A stretch of DNA of 64,000 nt from an uncultured Candidatus Saccharibacteria bacterium (GTDB taxonomy: Bacteria; Patescibacteriota; Saccharimonadia; Saccharimonadales; Saccharimonadaceae): NCBI GenBank assembly GCA_947085525.1, contig CAMTWU010000003.1, positions 25,866 to 89,865 of the forward strand, given 5' to 3'. A program made the translations under genes and the position numbers. The stretch's first letter is position 1; each line of letters opens with the position of its first letter. The notes beneath the pieces were generated by a model. The model was not told the origin of the DNA. It was given only the letters and a program-made list of their open reading frames with translations, and did not search any database. Positions 61,338-64,000 of the stretch are shown here, piece by piece.

Positions 61338-63806
61338 ATGCCAGAAAACTTTCAAGATTTCGCTCAGTATCTTACTGACAACGCGCGAGGGAGCCTGCAA
61401 CAGGCTGAGTTGATTGCGCGCAGTCTCGGCAGTTCATACATCGGGACAGAGCATCTCTTGCTCGGCCTTCTCTCTCAACCTGACTCTGTCGGTGGTAGAA
61501 TATTGCAGGACAACGGTGTGACGCTCGAGCGAGCTCATACTGCCCTCAATCTGACACCACGCTCATTAGTCATTAATGCTGGTGCAACGGGTCTGAGCGA
61601 AACAGCTAAATTGACACTCAAAATGAGTTGGGAAACAGCACAAGAATTTCACCAAGATTACTGTGGAACAGAACATATATTATTTAGTATTTTGTCGCAA
61701 AAAAATGCTCGAGCTACTGTATTGCTGCGTGATATGAGCGTAGATATGCAAGAAGTCTCAGCCGAGCTAGACGATTATTTACGTGATCAAAAAGAAGCGT
61801 TTCATCTAGGCAGTGCAGGTTCAAAAGTCGGCTTCAAGCAGCGTACCAAAAAAGGAATGCTCGATACGTTCGGTATTGACCTAACGGCTCAGGCACACAA
61901 AAACGAGCTTGATCCAGTGATTGGCCGTGATGAACAAATTAACCGCATGATTACTATTTTGTCTCGTCGAACAAAGAACAACCCAGTATTGATCGGTGAT
62001 CCAGGTGTCGGTAAAACTGCCATTGTCGAAGGATTAGCTCAGCGTATTGCTAATGAGCAAGCACCCGAGCACCTACTAGACAAGAGGATCGTTCAACTCG
62101 ATTTACCAGGTATGATTGCTGGTACAAAATATCGTGGTGAGTTCGAAGAGCGCTTAAAGAAAGTCATGAATGAAATTCGTGACAATGCCAATACTATTAT
62201 TTTCGTTGACGAGCTACATCTAATTGTTGGCGCTGGCGCTGCTGAAGGCTCGATGGATGCAGCCAATATCCTCAAGCCAGCACTTGCTCGTGGACAAATA
62301 CGTCTGATTGGTGCAACAACAACCGAGGAGTTCCGTAAACACATCGAAAAAGACGCCGCCCTAGAGCGACGTTTGCAATCTATTATAGTGCCAGAACCAA
62401 AGCTCAAAGACGTTGTCGCAATCCTCAAAGGCCTACGTCACCACTACGAGGAATATCACGGCGTCGAGCTGAGCGACGAAGTCATCGAAGACACCGTCAA
62501 CCTTGCTGACCGTTATGTCAGCGAGCGTTTTATGCCCGACAAAGCAATCGATGTGATCGATGAAGCTGCCAGTAAAGTTCGGGTCAAAAATGGTGTCATT
62601 TTGCCAGAAGCTCGCCGTATCCAACGTGAAATCAATCTGTTAAATGACAAGATGGAAGAAGCCGTGACGAATGAAAACTACGAACGAGCAGCTCTGTGCA
62701 AGACTCGTATTTCACAACTCAGTGAAAAGCTAAACAAGCTACACATTGACGAAAAGCGCGATGCAATTGCACTCACGGCTGATGATGTTGCAGCTGCAAT
62801 CTCAACTATGACCGGTATTCCTGTGAATCGAGTTGTCTCAAAAGAAGCCACCTTGCTACGTAATCTCGAAGGTCATTTGGGTAAATCGGTCATTGGGCAA
62901 AAGGAAGCAATTGTCAAAGTTGCCAAGAGTATTCGCCGTAGCCGTTCGGGTATCACCAGCAAGCGTCGCCCAATCGGTTCGTTTATATTCATGGGTCCTA
63001 CGGGTGTGGGCAAGACTGAACTCGCTAGGGTTTTGGCGCGCGAAGTATTTGGTAGTGAGCAGGCACTCATCAAAATTGATATGAGTGAATTTGGCGAACG
63101 ACATAGCGCTAGTCGCCTAGTTGGTGCGCCAGCAGGTTATGTTGGCTACGATGACGGCGGACAATTGACCGACAAAATACGCCGTCAACCATATAGTGTG
63201 GTGTTATTCGATGAGATCGAAAAAGCCCACTCTGACGTGTTCCAACTATTGCTGCAACTGCTCGAAGATGGACGGTTAACTGACGCAAAAGGCCGCAGTG
63301 TTGATTTTTCTAACAGCATAATCATCCTGACCAGCAACTTGGGCGCAGAGGCTATGCAAAAGGAAGCCAGTCTAGGATTTAAGGCAAAGACGACAAGCGA
63401 TACCAAAAAGCTCGATAACCTTCATCACAAAAACGAAGCAGCAGCCAAGGAAGCCTTGTCTCGTATGATGAAACCCGAGCTGATTAATCGTTTTGATGGC
63501 GTGGTTGTCTTTCACGCATTAACTCGTGGTGAAATTGGCAAAATATTTAATCTGCAGGTAAAAGACCTCAAGGCTCGGCTCAACGCACAGGGTCTCAGTG
63601 TTATTGTCAGCCCACCTGCCAAAAGATGGCTCATCGACAAGGGCTACGATGAATTCAACGGTGCCAGGCCGCTCAGACGAGTTTTGCAAGATGAGCTAGA
63701 GCATATCATCGCTGATGGAATGTTGGGTGGCGAGTTTAATAAAGGCGATGTATTACATGCATCTGTCGCCGATGGCGCACTAAAAGTTGGCGTAAGGGCA
63801 GAATAA
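61338..63806 (+). CDS. clpC: ATP-dependent Clp protease ATP-binding subunit ClpC (class I AAA+)
   Basis: 822 aa with the Clp_N repeat ([11 protein letters not shown] and [11 protein letters not shown]), two Walker A boxes ([13 protein letters not shown] and [12 protein letters not shown]) and a short UVR-like linker ([17 protein letters not shown]) rather than the long ClpB middle domain. Confidence 0.9.
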   Translation: MPENFQDFAQYLTDNARGSLQQAELIARSLGSSYIGTEHLLLGLLSQPDSVGGRILQDNGVTLERAHTALNLTPRSLVINAGATGLSETAKLTLKMSWETAQEFHQDYCGTEHILFSILSQKNARATVLLRDMSVDMQEVSAELDDYLRDQKEAFHLGSAGSKVGFKQRTKKGMLDTFGIDLTAQAHKNELDPVIGRDEQINRMITILSRRTKNNPVLIGDPGVGKTAIVEGLAQRIANEQAPEHLLDKRIVQLDLPGMIAGTKYRGEFEERLKKVMNEIRDNANTIIFVDELHLIVGAGAAEGSMDAANILKPALARGQIRLIGATTTEEFRKHIEKDAALERRLQSIIVPEPKLKDVVAILKGLRHHYEEYHGVELSDEVIEDTVNLADRYVSERFMPDKAIDVIDEAASKVRVKNGVILPEARRIQREINLLNDKMEEAVTNENYERAALCKTRISQLSEKLNKLHIDEKRDAIALTADDVAAAISTMTGIPVNRVVSKEATLLRNLEGHLGKSVIGQKEAIVKVAKSIRRSRSGITSKRRPIGSFIFMGPTGVGKTELARVLAREVFGSEQALIKIDMSEFGERHSASRLVGAPAGYVGYDDGGQLTDKIRRQPYSVVLFDEIEKAHSDVFQLLLQLLEDGRLTDAKGRSVDFSNSIIILTSNLGAEAMQKEASLGFKAKTTSDTKKLDNLHHKNEAAAKEALSRMMKPELINRFDGVVVFHALTRGEIGKIFNLQVKDLKARLNAQGLSVIVSPPAKRWLIDKGYDEFNGARPLRRVLQDELEHIIADGMLGGEFNKGDVLHASVADGALKVGVRAE

Positions 63807-64000
63807 ATGCGCTCTAAACGCATACCTAGCTTTATGTACACGATGTTACTCGCAATAGGTTTTGTCTGGCTATTTTTCAACTATCAACATTTGATTGATC
63901 AGGTTGTCGTATCGCAGTTCAAGCCAAGTGGTGAAGTGAGTAAGGTCGCAGATGAAGTACAGTTTACTGAAAAAGGTAAATTTTTGTACCTAGCAGCACA
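63807..64000 (+). CDS. Hypothetical membrane protein, 5' part only (runs off the window)
   Basis: The ATG lies directly after the clpC TAA. It reads MRSKRIPSFMYTMLLAIGFVWLFFNYQ..., a basic N-terminus plus a TM helix. The frame is open to the window end. Confidence 0.4.
   Translation, partial: MRSKRIPSFMYTMLLAIGFVWLFFNYQHLIDQVVVSQFKPSGEVSKVADEVQFTEKGKFLYLAA

Noticed and set aside
1-64000. CRISPR arrays, rRNA genes, insertion sequences, integrases and prophage structural genes.
   Set aside because: Reading both strands I saw no regularly spaced direct repeats, no rRNA-like conserved blocks, and no DDE, tyrosine or serine recombinase motifs among the ORFs. The only repeats found are those listed as features.

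Overview
The window is a gene-dense, roughly 45% GC bacterial chromosome segment. I count about 70 protein genes, one tRNA-Gln(CUG), and no rRNA, CRISPR array, transposase or integrase. Many neighbouring genes overlap by 1-8 nt (ATGA or TAATG junctions), and several convergent gene pairs overlap at their stops.

By inference the source is a reduced Patescibacteria/CPR genome, probably Saccharibacteria-like. The evidence is a split transketolase, gatCAB, a lone type IV pilus ATPase, lipid-remodelling rather than lipid-synthesis genes, and many small membrane proteins of unknown function. The standard genetic code applies, because the long conserved ORFs contain no in-frame TGA.

Housekeeping content:
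- Translation and RNA: pheS/pheT, gatCAB, rplS, nusA and a SpoU-family methyltransferase.
- DNA metabolism: dnaE, uvrB, rmuC, an rnhB-yraN fusion and a Y-family polymerase.
- Stress, redox and proteolysis: clpC, pepN, trxB, ppa and a Rel/SpoT enzyme.
- Sugar-phosphate operon: gap, rpiB, rpe, tktN, tktC, fba and a PfkB kinase.

Regions that stand out:
1. A GC-rich, ORF-poor 1.4 kb island (53.36-54.76 kb) lies between rplS and rnhB. It is organised as three minus-strand promoter-to-terminator units. One is a 54-codon ORF with strong GC3 skew and one is a roughly 320-nt candidate ncRNA.
2. Two seven-bladed RCC1-repeat proteins (46.3-49.4 kb) lie about 0.5 kb upstream of pilB, separated from it by a divergent methyltransferase gene. 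One of them carries a PilX-like minor-pilin N-terminus.
3. An SF2 helicase and two large unknown proteins (3.6-8.7 kb) abut the tRNA-Gln, which has an att-like duplicate of its 3' end.
4. A sigma-70 gene is broken by two single-base frameshifts.
5. A perfect CIRCE operator overlaps the clpC promoter.
6. A terminator-type leader precedes nusA.
7. Unrelated genes are inserted inside the pheST and gatCAB operons.
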